Source: Desulfatiglandales bacterium (GTDB lineage Bacteria; Desulfobacterota; DSM-4660; Desulfatiglandales; HGW-15). From it: a stretch of 64,000 nt of DNA. Position numbers and translations under genes: made by a program. The stretch spans positions 32,001-96,000 of the forward strand of contig CAXXJJ010000001.1 in assembly GCA_963667015.2 (NCBI GenBank), in the 5' to 3' direction. Within the stretch, counting starts at the first letter, position 1. Each line of letters begins with the position of its first letter. Of this stretch, positions 39,374 through 49,321 are shown piece by piece. Below the pieces are notes generated by a model that worked only from the letters and a program-made list of their open reading frames with translations, ran no database searches and was not told the origin of the DNA.

Positions 39374-41614
39374 TTATTCCTGAACGGATTCTTCGCCCGG
39401 TTCATCTTCAAAGTTTACCCTGTGCGGAGCTACTGCCTTTCCCTGTTGTTCCAGGGCCTTAAATTCTTCAATACTTATTGTAGTATCGGCATAGGCATCA
39501 GTTTTAAGTTTTTCAGCTCCAACTATATCCAGGTAGTATTCTGCAATTTTTCCAAGCACTGGAAATGAATATGTGCCGACCCGGTACAGGATGCCATCTT
39601 TATTGCTCTCTGCCTTTTGTTCAAAAAATTCAAAACCACGCCTTATAAATGATGCAATATTTGGGGCAAAGCCTTCAACATGTGTCTGTGCACCCTTCAG
39701 GGCTTTATATGCATTGGTAACCGGCATATATACCCCTGTCCCATCAGATCTGTTACCATCGTAATGGTAGCCGAGAACATCTCTGATACTTATTTCACCA
39801 AATATTCCACCGCCGCCACCGCCGCCGCCACCATCGCTATCATCGTCGTCACTATCGTCAGGGGCAGCAGTAAAATTTGGAGTAACGGTCTTGTCTTCAT
39901 CCATTGTAATAGTTGTTGAGCGAGATGATGAATTTGCTACATCGCCGGTCCAGCTGGAAAATACATACCCGCTGCCGGGGTTTGCTGTGATTGAAACTAC
40001 CGCACCTTCTCCATATTCATGGTCTCCCGCTACAGGAGTGGTTGTGCCGTTACCAGAGGTTCCCATAGTAAGGGTGTAGGAGATTTCAACAAAATTCGCT
40101 GTAACGGACTTGTCCTCATCCATTGTAACGGTTGTTGATTGAGCATCAGGATCTTCTATGCCTTCACTACCGGTCCAGTTTACAAAATAATATCCTTCTT
40201 CCGGTGTCGCATTAATTGGCACTATCTCGTCACATGTCCGGTCGGTTTCTCCGGACGGGGTTGTGCTTCCCATCAAGGAGTCATTAACTGCCATGGTGAG
40301 AGTTGTTCTGCATTCAAAAAAGGTTGCTCCAATAGTTTTATCATCGTCCATCGTAATGGTGGTCGGTGACACGGAACCTGTAAGGTCTCCGGACCATTCT
40401 AAGAACAGATAATATGGATCCGGTGAGGCTGTCACTGTAACTACTGCATTTTCACCATACACATTGCCTGCTGAAGTCGGATTAAGAGAAATTGTTCCAT
40501 TGCTGGGGGACTGGACATCTAGTGTATAGGTTATAGCAGTAAAATTTGCAGTGACGGACTTGTCCTCATCCATTGTAACGGTTGTTGTTGCAGATGTGGA
40601 ATCTTCTACGTCACCTGTCCAACCGACAAAATAATATCCATCTTCCGGTGTTGCAGTTATCGTTACATCAGAGCCGCATGACTGGTCGGTTTCTCCGGAC
40701 GGGGTTGTGCTTCCCATCAAGGAGTCATTAACTTCCATGGTGAGTTTTTTTGTGCATTCAACAAAGGTTGCTCCAATAGTTTTATCATCGTCCATTGTAA
40801 TGGTTGTTGGTGATACTGAGCCTGTGAGGTCGCCAGTCCAGCCGGTAAACAGGTAATTTGAAGCAGGTACAGCCGTTACTGTAACAACCGAATCTTCACC
40901 ATACACATTGCCTGTTGAAGCAGGGTTGAGGACGATTGTTCCATTGCTGGGGTCTTCTACTGTCAGGGTATAGGTTGTTGCTGTAAAGTTTGCTGTAACC
41001 GTCTGGTCATCATCCATGATAATGGTTGTTGTGGCAGAATGGGCGTCTGTTACATCTCCTGTCCAGCTATCAAAGACATAGTAGATATCTGGTTCTGCTT
41101 TAAGGGTAACCTCTGTTCCATAGGCATAGGTATTATCTGCTGATGAAGGGCTGGCAGTGATTGAACCGTTATCAGGTTCCTGTATGGTTAATTCTTTCGG
41201 GCTGTATGCAACCAAATCGATGCGGATTTGTGAACCGTCTGCACCAACTCCACCGGGGATAAGCCCATCTGTTGGTGAAGTAATGGTAAGTTCAGTGTCT
41301 CCAATATATAAATGAATTATTGCCACTTCACCAGTGGTTGCTCCCTCGGGTTGTTCTGTCGCATCATATTTGGGAATATTTAAGCTATAGCCGGATGTAA
41401 ATCCGTTTGTATCCTCAGCTGCAGGAATATATGCTGTACCATCCTCTTTTGTTACGACAACGGTATAACCATCATCGTTAGCAGAAGTAATCGCTTCACC
41501 ATCAACGGAAACTGACCCATAAATGTTTGCAGGCATAGGTGGAACCGCCCAGGATAAAGATGGTGTCATAAGTAGAAATGTTAAAAAAGAAACCAAATAT
41601 AAAAATTTTTTCAT
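39374..41614 (-). CDS. Secreted surface protein with ~6 InlB B-repeat-like (Ig-like) domains
   Basis: Signal peptide; repeated VT(I/V/L)TA.P..GY.F..WTGD....TT.TMD.DK.V.A.F units; acidic and poly-Gly linker before the C-terminal domain. Confidence 0.85.
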   Translation of the reverse strand: MKKFLYLVSFLTFLLMTPSLSWAVPPMPANIYGSVSVDGEAITSANDDGYTVVVTKEDGTAYIPAAEDTNGFTSGYSLNIPKYDATEQPEGATTGEVAIIHLYIGDTELTITSPTDGLIPGGVGADGSQIRIDLVAYSPKELTIQEPDNGSITASPSSADNTYAYGTEVTLKAEPDIYYVFDSWTGDVTDAHSATTTIIMDDDQTVTANFTATTYTLTVEDPSNGTIVLNPASTGNVYGEDSVVTVTAVPASNYLFTGWTGDLTGSVSPTTITMDDDKTIGATFVECTKKLTMEVNDSLMGSTTPSGETDQSCGSDVTITATPEDGYYFVGWTGDVEDSTSATTTVTMDEDKSVTANFTAITYTLDVQSPSNGTISLNPTSAGNVYGENAVVTVTASPDPYYLFLEWSGDLTGSVSPTTITMDDDKTIGATFFECRTTLTMAVNDSLMGSTTPSGETDRTCDEIVPINATPEEGYYFVNWTGSEGIEDPDAQSTTVTMDEDKSVTANFVEISYTLTMGTSGNGTTTPVAGDHEYGEGAVVSITANPGSGYVFSSWTGDVANSSSRSTTITMDEDKTVTPNFTAAPDDSDDDDSDGGGGGGGGGIFGEISIRDVLGYHYDGNRSDGTGVYMPVTNAYKALKGAQTHVEGFAPNIASFIRRGFEFFEQKAESNKDGILYRVGTYSFPVLGKIAEYYLDIVGAEKLKTDAYADTTISIEEFKALEQQGKAVAPHRVNFEDEPGEESVQE

Positions 41615-41654
41615 TAAAAAGCCTCCTGAAAAAGAGAATTAATATTTTAGTTAT

Positions 41655-42437
41655 TTATAATCCCGGGGGCATAGGCGGCCGTTCAAGTCCGATGCCTTTT
41701 TCCTCTTCCGGTTCTTCCGGCGGGGGGGCAGTATTATTTGCCTCCTCCTCTTCACCTGTTTCATCATCTGTTTCAGAGTTTTGATCATCTATTACAGCCC
41801 GTCGCATATTTGCCGAAACCCTTGATGAACCAGATGCCGTATTTCCACCGGTATTTGTCCTGCCTGATGTGCCGTATGTGGTACTGCTTCCAGAAGTTGT
41901 ATTTCCGGAGGTGCCTCTTTGAGCCGATGTGCGTGAAGAGGATAGGGATCTGTTTGATCTGCTGCTGTTACTACTTAAAGATCTGTTTCTGATTTGATTA
42001 ATCTCACGGGTATTTCTGTTCACGAAAGAAGTGTTACTGTTTGACCTGCTGATTGAAGCTGACCCTGTCCTTTTCACATCATTTTCATCAAAGGTGTAAA
42101 GGTCGATTGAAAGCAGGCTTCCCTCATTATAGTTCCATACAACCGCACAGTTTTCTCCCCTGAGGAGATCGTTAATTATTGAATCAAGTCGCCTGTTAAC
42201 ATAGGATTTACTGGCGATCTCCATTTTTAAGGCGCTTTTTGCGGTTATATCTATGCCGATCTTTGCTGAAATCTCGCTCAGGGCATCGGAGACGGTGCAG
42301 TTTTCAAAACGAAACGAAAACCTTTTGCTGCTGTCATCTGACAGGGCAGAAACAGGTGTACAGAAAATAGCGAAGAGAATTACTGCTGCACAGGTTGTAA
42401 AAAAAAGATTATGTTTTTTATTATCCATTCGTTTCAA
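41655..42437 (-). CDS. Exported STN/secretin-N-like domain protein with disordered S/T/R-rich tail
   Basis: Signal peptide; FSFRFENCTVSDALSEISAKIGIDI...LDSIINDLLRG. Confidence 0.55.
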   Translation of the reverse strand: MKRMDNKKHNLFFTTCAAVILFAIFCTPVSALSDDSSKRFSFRFENCTVSDALSEISAKIGIDITAKSALKMEIASKSYVNRRLDSIINDLLRGENCAVVWNYNEGSLLSIDLYTFDENDVKRTGSASISRSNSNTSFVNRNTREINQIRNRSLSSNSSRSNRSLSSSRTSAQRGTSGNTTSGSSTTYGTSGRTNTGGNTASGSSRVSANMRRAVIDDQNSETDDETGEEEEANNTAPPPEEPEEEKGIGLERPPMPPGL

Positions 42438-43014
42438 ATTAAGAGATTAAAAACACGTTAATTAAGATATAAAAGAATCCACTCCATTGAGGAGGGCGGA
42501 TAAAAGCCCGTACAGTCGAATTATGCAATAATCATACCTTTGATAATATAGGGCCCGGTGATGCAATAAAAGGAGGTTATAAACGCTGAATACGTGTATC
42601 GAAAGGGTAAATAATGTAATATTATGTATTTTCGCATTGAAACAACGATCTGTTTAATTATGAATTAAGCCCCTATCGGCAACAAAAATATGACAGGGTG
42701 TACATTTTTTGTTGTTTATTTGCCGTTCACCCGTCATTCGGCTGACTATAGATTCAACTGCTGCTCTCCTGCCTTGGAAAATATTGCCAGATATTTCATG
42801 TCTGATTGCCAAAATATGCAAATCGAATATGCAAAAATTGTATGGCCTTCCCCTGGGTCTAATCTTTTTTAAAATTCCTAATATTTTAATAATCTAATTA
42901 TATCAGGTTGTTATAGAGGTGCTAAATCGCTGGTCTGTATCTTGCTCTTCTAATATTTCAGATTTTATAACTGGAAGGTCAAAAGGACTATATTCTGAAA
43001 GGAGAGTAAATATT

Positions 43015-45261
43015 ATGAAAAATAAAAAACTTGTAAATTTCGCTCTGTTTATTTGCCTCTTTATTTTTGGAGGCAGTGTATGGGCTGATTATGTAACTCT
43101 TGGTGGTAAACCGGTTACACAGGGGCAGATGCTTATAGCTTCGAGCAGTATGGACCGGCTGGAATCTTCTTCTGTACAGCCGGTAAATACAGACAGGTTT
43201 ATACTGAGAAAGACAAATGTTGAGGTTGAAATAACCGGTGTAATTGCGCGGGTAAGGGTTCAGCAGCTTTTTACCAATCCCTTTAATGACAGGTTGGAAA
43301 CAACCTATGTATTTCCTTTGCCGGAAAATTCGGCTGTAGATGCCTATTCCTTTAAGATCGGTGAAAAGGTAATCAAGGGAGTGGTAAAGGAAAAGGAAGA
43401 GGCAAGAAGAGAATATGAGCAGGCAAAAAATGATGGAAGAAAGGCCGGGCTTTTAGAACAGGAAAGGCCGGATATATTTACTCAGTCCCTGGTAAATATC
43501 CCTCCAGGCGCACCCGTTACTGCAAATATCGAATATGTTCACACTCTTAAAATAGACGGGGCGCATTATCTGTTCAGTTTCCCTATGGTTGTTGCTCCCC
43601 GCTATATACCCGGGAACCAGGTAAGCAGAAGCAATGTCGGCCGAGGCTGGGCAAATGATACCGATCAGGTACTGGATGCATCCAGAATTACACCTGTTAC
43701 AGTGCCTCCGGGTATGCGAACCGGTCATGATGTTGAAATTACGGTCAAGGTTGATGCCGGTATGCCAGTTACAGATATTACCGGCGTAACCCATGAGCTT
43801 GATGTTGTAAATTCCTCAGACACCACTGCGGTTGTGAAGCTCAAAAACGGACCTGTCATACCTAACAAGGATTTCATTCTGGAGTACAGGGTAGGCGGTG
43901 ACAAAACAATGCTGGCCTTTATGTCTCATCGGTCCGGATCTGATGACGGGTATTTCAGCATGGTGATCCAGCCTAAACACAATATTGAAAGAAGTGAGGT
44001 CTCTCCAAGAGAGGTTATTCTTCTTCTTGATACCAGCGGATCAATGCAGGGAGTTCCCCTTAACCAGTTAAAGCTTTTTTCAGAACAGGTACTGGCGACT
44101 CTCAATCCACAGGATTATTTCAATATATGTGCCTTTAGCAGTGACCTGAAAAAAATGTCTCAGGACTCAATAGCGGCTACTGAATCCAATATCAACATGG
44201 GAAGAAATTATATCAGCAACCTGCACTCAAACGGGGGAACAGAGATGCTTCCTGCCATAAAAGAAATCTTGAGGCCTGACCCCCGGGAACTGAATCTGCA
44301 CAGATATATAGTCATGGTTACAGATGCCCTGGTCGGTAACGACAGAACTATCCTCAAGTATCTGAACAAACCCGAATATTCTCACCTGAGAATTTATCCT
44401 GTTGCCATGGGAGTTGCACCAAATAATTTCCTTATAGAAAGAGCAGCAGAGATCGGTCGAGGTTTTTCAATGAGGGTAACAAACCAGGACAATGCCGCAG
44501 AAATGGCCAGGAGATTTACCTCAAAAATATCATACCCCATCATGACGGACCTCGTGATTGACTGGGGAAAACTTAGGGTAAAGGATATTCTTCCATCTCC
44601 TCTTCCGGATCTTTATGCAGACAGGCCCTTAATCATTATCGGCAGGTATGAAAAACCGGGTGTATCTGAGGTGCGTTTGACAGGAAATATCCTGGGTCAA
44701 AAAATGGAGACAAAATTCGATGTTGATCTGCCGGAAAAGCAGAAGGAGCATGACAGTCTGCCGGTATTGTGGGCGCGTGCCCGTGTAAGGCATCTTATTA
44801 ATGCAGAGATTGGAAACGTTTCCAGTGGAACACGTAATGAGATAACGGATATAGGGCTAAAATACCAGATCGTTACTGACTATACATCATTTATTGCGGT
44901 TGAACATGACATTCCTGAAAATATTTCCGGCAGACTCATTACGCAGGATGTATTAACTGCTATCCCCGAAGGAATGGAGCATCTGTTTGATGGAAAAGGC
45001 CAGGCCTCAGGCCAGTATATCCGGCCAAAAAACAATCCTGCTGTTCAACCGGCTAGAAATAGGGATATTCAGCAATCGCCTCCCCATACGGTTTTCGCTT
45101 CAAGCCGGCCGTCTTCAGGGGCCTATTCGGGTTCCCGCAGCAGTTCGGGCGGAGGAGGATCAGTTGGTATCCTGACCATTATATTTGCACCATTATTAAT
45201 GCTGATACGTCTTGCAGAGCGCAAATTGAACAGGAAAAGGAATCCTTCATATAATGGATGA
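43015..45261 (+). CDS. VIT + vWA domain protein with GlyGly-CTERM sorting signal
   Basis: VIT (ARVRVQQLFTNP..LETTYVFPLP), MIDAS DTSGSM, GGTEM, VTDA; C-terminal GGGGSVG + TM + basic tail; AGGAG RBS before ATG 43015. Confidence 0.9.
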   Translation: MKNKKLVNFALFICLFIFGGSVWADYVTLGGKPVTQGQMLIASSSMDRLESSSVQPVNTDRFILRKTNVEVEITGVIARVRVQQLFTNPFNDRLETTYVFPLPENSAVDAYSFKIGEKVIKGVVKEKEEARREYEQAKNDGRKAGLLEQERPDIFTQSLVNIPPGAPVTANIEYVHTLKIDGAHYLFSFPMVVAPRYIPGNQVSRSNVGRGWANDTDQVLDASRITPVTVPPGMRTGHDVEITVKVDAGMPVTDITGVTHELDVVNSSDTTAVVKLKNGPVIPNKDFILEYRVGGDKTMLAFMSHRSGSDDGYFSMVIQPKHNIERSEVSPREVILLLDTSGSMQGVPLNQLKLFSEQVLATLNPQDYFNICAFSSDLKKMSQDSIAATESNINMGRNYISNLHSNGGTEMLPAIKEILRPDPRELNLHRYIVMVTDALVGNDRTILKYLNKPEYSHLRIYPVAMGVAPNNFLIERAAEIGRGFSMRVTNQDNAAEMARRFTSKISYPIMTDLVIDWGKLRVKDILPSPLPDLYADRPLIIIGRYEKPGVSEVRLTGNILGQKMETKFDVDLPEKQKEHDSLPVLWARARVRHLINAEIGNVSSGTRNEITDIGLKYQIVTDYTSFIAVEHDIPENISGRLITQDVLTAIPEGMEHLFDGKGQASGQYIRPKNNPAVQPARNRDIQQSPPHTVFASSRPSSGAYSGSRSSSGGGGSVGILTIIFAPLLMLIRLAERKLNRKRNPSYNG

Positions 45262-45357
45262 CATATGAAATCCTGCGGCCGCCTTTGATTCCGGTCATAT
45301 ATTCTCCCTCCCTTATAACCGGAATCAACGGCTGCAGAATTAAATTTACAGGATTTT

Positions 45358-46092
45358 GTGATGAATGAATCAAATTTAAAAACTGATATTCTTAATTCAA
45401 GAATAACCATAATATCAGGGATTATCCTGATTATTTTTAATGCAGGTTTTATTCTTTCATTTTCCGGCAGCAGATGGTTTTCTATCTTTTGTTCTGTAAT
45501 GGAATATGACCGGGCATTGATAATAAAGGGTGAAATCTGGCGGTTTTTTACATGCCATCTTGTGCACTGGAGCCCTGCACATTTTTTGCTGGATAGTGTT
45601 GTGTTTATTTTTCAGGGAATAACCTTTGAGCAGAAGATTGGAAAAAAATACTGGATGGTCCTGTTTCTTTCCTCATTATTTATAGGCGTTTCATTACTGA
45701 TATTTCGAAGTGACCTGATGTACTACCGCGGTATTTCAGGAATCATAAACACACAGCTTGTACTTGGATCCGGCCTTTTTATTTTTGATAAAACCCTGAG
45801 TAAAAACATGAGGGGTATGTTTGGTATATGTTTTTTAATCCATATGATTAAAATCATCTATGAGTCAATCAACCGTGCCCCGTTTTTTTCCACACACCTT
45901 CTCGGAGACATGGGCCTCTTTACGCCTGTTGCACATCTAAGCGGGGTGGTGCTGGGGTTTTTACTTCTTGCAGCTTATCTGCTGATGCCTTTTTCAGGGA
46001 AAAGACAAACGCATGAAAAAGATAAAGACGATCTCTCGCCTGCCTCGCTGGAACTCTCAGAGGGCGCAGAGAAAAGCATTTTTTGTTTTTGA
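45358..46092 (+). CDS. rrtA: Rhombosortase (rhomboid-family intramembrane protease)
   Basis: YDRALIIKGEIWRFFTCHLVHWSPAHF, YRGISG (catalytic Ser), AHLSG (His); next to a GlyGly-CTERM substrate. Confidence 0.85.
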   Translation: MMNESNLKTDILNSRITIISGIILIIFNAGFILSFSGSRWFSIFCSVMEYDRALIIKGEIWRFFTCHLVHWSPAHFLLDSVVFIFQGITFEQKIGKKYWMVLFLSSLFIGVSLLIFRSDLMYYRGISGIINTQLVLGSGLFIFDKTLSKNMRGMFGICFLIHMIKIIYESINRAPFFSTHLLGDMGLFTPVAHLSGVVLGFLLLAAYLLMPFSGKRQTHEKDKDDLSPASLELSEGAEKSIFCF

Positions 46093-46163
46093 AAATAAAT
46101 GGTTTTTGTCTTTCTCTGTGATCTCTGCGGACTCTAGTTAACGAAGTGAACGGGCGAGAAAAA
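46032..46163. repeat. Palindromic REP-like element, copy 2
   Basis: TCTCGCC...CGCAGAGAAAAGCA / TTTCTCTGTG.TCTCTGCG..CTCTAGT...CGGGCGAGA; shares blocks with 33459-33577. Confidence 0.65.
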
Positions 46164-46172
46164 AATGTTTTA

Positions 46173-46415
46173 TTACTCCTCTTCCGATTCTTCTTCATCA
46201 AACTGATCAAGCTTCTCAGTCTGCTGATCAACAATATTATCAATATCCTTCTCCATCTTTTTCATCTGATCAACCTGCTTTTTCCCTGCCAGCGTTTCAA
46301 CGGTATCATCCACCTTTTCGCGGCTGTCTGAACCTTTGCAGCCGGATAACAGGGGTAGAGCAAGCAGAAGAACTAAAATACCTGTTCCAAAAATCATTTT
46401 CACTGATTTTAACAT
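46173..46415 (-). CDS. Small lipoprotein
   Basis: Hydrophobic leader with LSG-C lipobox; AGGAG RBS. Confidence 0.75.
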   Translation of the reverse strand: MLKSVKMIFGTGILVLLLALPLLSGCKGSDSREKVDDTVETLAGKKQVDQMKKMEKDIDNIVDQQTEKLDQFDEEESEEE

Positions 46416-46541
46416 CGTATTCTCCTATTTTATGGTCAATGAAATGGTACTATTGTATTCACTTTTTTCGCTAAAAAGGATACAACATATTATTCGTAAA
46501 AACACTATTTTTATATATCAAAAAACAGGGAGTGACGTATT

Positions 46542-46988
46542 ATGATAAAGGCAAAAGATATTATGACTACCAGTCCCATAACCGTTATGCCGGATATGGA
46601 GATTGTCAATGCGGCTAAAACTCTTCTTGAAAATAAAATCAATGGAGTTCCTGTTATTGAAAAAGGAAAACTTGTCGGGATTCTCTGCCAGAGTGATCTG
46701 ATCAGCCAGCAAAAACGGTTTCCCATGCCATCGATATTTACCTTTCTGGATGGTTTTATTCCCCTGCAGTCAAATAAGGATCTGGAAAAAACAGTCAAAA
46801 AAATTGCGGCTACTGTCGTAAGGGATGCCATGACTCCTGATCCTGTAACGGTTGGACCGGACACGGATATTGAAGAAATAGCAGGCCTCATGATTGATAA
46901 AAACTTCCATACCCTTCCTGTTGTGAAGTCAGGTAAACTTGTCGGGATTATCGGTAAGGAAGATATTCTTAAAACGCTTATCTCCTGA
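46542..46988 (+). CDS. CBS domain pair protein
   Basis: AKDIMT..PITV.P...INGVPVIE.GKLVGIL; second CBS repeat MTPDPVTVGPD...LPVV..GKLVGII. Confidence 0.93.
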   Translation: MIKAKDIMTTSPITVMPDMEIVNAAKTLLENKINGVPVIEKGKLVGILCQSDLISQQKRFPMPSIFTFLDGFIPLQSNKDLEKTVKKIAATVVRDAMTPDPVTVGPDTDIEEIAGLMIDKNFHTLPVVKSGKLVGIIGKEDILKTLIS

Positions 46989-47018
46989 CAGGGTTGAGCA
47001 GGATTAAGGAGCCAAGGC

Positions 47019-48740
47019 ATGAATGAGAACGAAGTGCTTGATAATGTAATGGACCCGGCAGGGCAGCCCACCGGAATTTTCGGAAGGGTTTCTGATCCTT
47101 CCAATAAAAACATGGGTATTGTACTTGATCCGTTCCGCCAGCCCACAGAGAGTGTCGATTCCATGCATGGGCAACTAATGGCAGACAGGCTTGATACCCT
47201 GGACGGGAAGGTTCTTTACCTTGTTGAAACAGGCTTTCACGGGGCCAAAGATTTCATGAACCTGGTTGAAAAATGGTTCAATAATAATATGCCCGAGGTG
47301 AAAACCATTCAAAAATCGACACAGGGGATGATATTTACCGATGACCCTGCACTGTGGGCAGAGATCCAGGAAAAGGGGGATGCGGTTATCCTGGGTGTTG
47401 GCGGGTGAGATGGCTGTTCTGCGAGTATCGCAGAGTTTAGCAGGACACTTGAACATATCCATCATGTCCCGGTCTGCCCGATTGTAACCGCCCGTTTTCA
47501 GCGATATATTGAACGTGACACAGAGAATCATGGCATGCCTCTCAGATTTGCCTTTCCTCCCTATCCCGTCGGATGGGTTTCTCTTGAAGTTCTTCAGGGC
47601 TATATTGACGGTAATGATCCTGTAACAGGAAAACCCCTTATGCAGGAGATGATTGATGCCCTTACCCTGCCCCTTGCGGAAGAAGAAAAAAATCCCAAGG
47701 TAATCAAAAGACCAAAAAGACCAAGATTTTTAAAGAAGGATACAATCGCCAATTATAAGCGAATGTTTATTGAAAACGGCTGGACAGACGGCCTGCCCAT
47801 TGAGCTTCCGACAGAAGAAAAGGTTGAGGAGATGCTGACAGGCACAGACGCCCCGCGTGACATGGTTGTCGGTAAGATGTCTGTAACAACCCATGAAGAG
47901 CGGCTGGAATATACCGTGGAAAAGGTGGCAGTAAATGCCGTAATGGCAGGTGCGAGGCCCGAGCATTTTCCCGTCATTCTCGCGCTTGCGGCCAGTCAGG
48001 AACCTTCCATGCACAGCTCCACAACATCCTTCGGAAGGATGGTGATCGTAAACGGGCCGATACGTAATCAGATTGGGATAAACTGTGCTGCCGGGGCCTT
48101 CAGTCCCTTTAGTTTTGCCAATTCAGTAATCGGCAGGGCATATACGCTGATGAGTTTTACCTTTGGTAATGCAAGAATCGGTGAAAATTTTACCGCTACT
48201 TTTGGAAACGTCACAAATTATAACAACATGTTTGCCGGAGAAAATGAGGAGGAATCACCGTGGACTCCCTTTCATGTAGAGCAGGGTTTTAAACAGAATG
48301 AAAACACGGTAAGCCTTTTCAGGGGATGGAACGTAAATCACATTGGGATGGGTAATTCAGATGCCATGGTAAGATCGATGAAGGGCCTGGCATGCATGAC
48401 CATGTTCGGCCAGCCGGGCGGAACCTTTGTCATGGATCCCCTTACCGCTAAAAACCTGAGGGACAAGGAAGGCTTCAGCACCAAGGAAGAATTCCGTAAC
48501 TGGTTTGAAGAGCAGGTAAAAACAGAACATCACGGGCCTTTTCCTCCCAGGCCGTTCAGCCTGAACCTTATTGTTGTAGGAGGGGAGTGGAATCCCATGT
48601 ACACAACAACGGATTTTTATCATACCCAGACAGTTTCTATCGATAAATGGATTCCAAAGGGCGGACCAAAAATAGATAAAAACCCAATAAGGATACCCCA
48701 CACATCAGTATGTAAGGACGGTACTTGTGGTATTATCTGA
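47019..48740 (+). CDS. UGSC-family selenoprotein (573 aa) with Sec at TGA 47406-47408 (UxxC motif)
   Basis: The 129-aa and 401-aa ORFs are in frame across one TGA: DAVILGVGG-U-DGC-SAS..., with 42 open codons between. The downstream part has GWTDGLPIELPT and VAVNAVMAGARPEHFP. Confidence 0.85.
47413..47441 (+). promoter_or_regulatory. Bacterial SECIS hairpin
   Basis: TCTGCGA-GTA-TCGCAGA stem whose G-first loop starts 16 nt after the TGA; the stem extends with GCT/AGC. Confidence 0.7.
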
Positions 48741-48892
48741 TCTGACGGCTAAAGTAAGTTTCTTTCCCGTATCTACCGAATATCGTAATTTTACAGGAGA
48801 TATATTGTATTTGCATGTCAGCTACAAATATAACAGGGGAAAATCAAAAGGATTTTCCCCTGCTATATTAACGCCTGACGGATTGAAGTCGT

Positions 48893-49219
48893 TTAGAAAT
48901 CCTCCATAAGCTGGATTCCTACCTGATAATGACCCCGAAGACGATCTGAATCGGATTTTGTTATATGCATAATTCTGGTTTTTAAAATTTTGGGCGCTTC
49001 AGCCTCATTTTCCGGATAATATTTCATTTCCAGTTCCATGTCCTCTTCCAGGTGTTCGAGTATTGCAGAACCTTCCTTGATAAGTATGCTCATCCCTGAT
49101 GTTGAAGTTTCAAGGATTTTAAACTGGTAGGCCAGCGCAAATGTGTTTACGCAGAATTCAACGCTGGATAATTCGGCATTAGTTCGATCTTCTTTTCTCT
49201 TTTCGTTATTATTTTCCAT
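48893..49219 (-). CDS. PilZ-like domain protein
   Basis: EKRKEDR (RxxxR) and ETSTSGM (D/NxSxxG-like) motifs, ending YQVGIQL. Confidence 0.65.
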   Translation of the reverse strand: MENNNEKRKEDRTNAELSSVEFCVNTFALAYQFKILETSTSGMSILIKEGSAILEHLEEDMELEMKYYPENEAEAPKILKTRIMHITKSDSDRLRGHYQVGIQLMEDF

Positions 49220-49321
49220 CAGTAACAGATCCTGTAATTGTTTAGATATGCTCGCCGGACGCGAAAGAATGTAAAATCTTAATCCAATTTTTTACTAAAT
49301 TCAACCAGTAACAGACAATGA

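Noticed and set aside
39374..41614. CRISPR-like or non-coding repeat array
   Set aside because: The repeats are in-frame protein domain repeats. No CRISPR array, tRNA or rRNA was recognised anywhere in the window.
42523..42540. Possible sigma-54 promoter (AGGTATGATTATTGCAT, minus strand) for the STN gene
   Set aside because: Only the GG-N10-GC spacing fits; the -24 box is weak, so support is insufficient.
46511..47164. 217-aa minus-strand ORF
   Set aside because: Antisense to the clear CBS and selenoprotein genes.
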